A stretch of 39,257 nucleotides of DNA from Acidobacteriota bacterium (GTDB lineage: Bacteria > Acidobacteriota > Thermoanaerobaculia > Gp7-AA8). The notes below the pieces were generated by a model. It saw nothing but the letters and a program-made list of their open reading frames with translations, was not told the DNA's origin and did not search any database. The translations under genes and the position numbers were made by a program. How positions within the stretch are numbered: position 1 is the stretch's first letter; the number at the start of each line of letters is the position of its first letter. The stretch covers positions 1 through 39,257 of the forward strand of contig JAFAVZ010000214.1 of NCBI GenBank assembly GCA_019242175.1, given 5' to 3'. Positions 39,256 to 39,257 of this stretch are shown piece after piece.

Positions 39256-39257
39256 CG

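Overview
High-GC bacterial DNA. Gene content and repeats suggest an Acidobacteriota-type genome, which is inference only. Four zones are visible. (1) 1-5.3 kb is a visibly less GC-rich block. A 5'-truncated STAND-type ATPase-TPR gene converges on a GT4 glycosyltransferase split into two overlapping ORFs, and the second ORF is fused to a degenerate kinase-fold domain. (2) 5.3-23.5 kb is a tightly coupled 8-gene minus-strand operon: GT87-like membrane glycosyltransferase, DUF5916-like outer-membrane protein, three monomodular NRPSs (C-A-T, C-A-T, C-A-T-Reductase), MFS transporter, DUF6875-like protein and kynurenine 3-monooxygenase. I do not recognise this cluster. (3) 23.7-39.3 kb holds mostly ordinary genes: NUDIX, MBL hydrolase, methyltransferase, sulfatase-like/TPR lipoprotein, HrpB, HExxH peptidase, YceI/MarR, 2OG-Fe oxygenase-like protein, CHASE hybrid kinase and HI0933 flavoprotein. 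(4) Across zones 2 and 3, two families of short palindromic repeats occur (TGTC-tagged and GTAG/GTGG-tagged), plus a third shared motif. They form intergenic doublets and an exact 237-bp tandem array, and they are also inserted in frame in all three NRPSs, the GT87 and the kinase, and supply a stop codon and possibly a start codon. No tRNA, rRNA, CRISPR or transposase gene was seen. All family assignments come from motifs read by eye; no database search was run.
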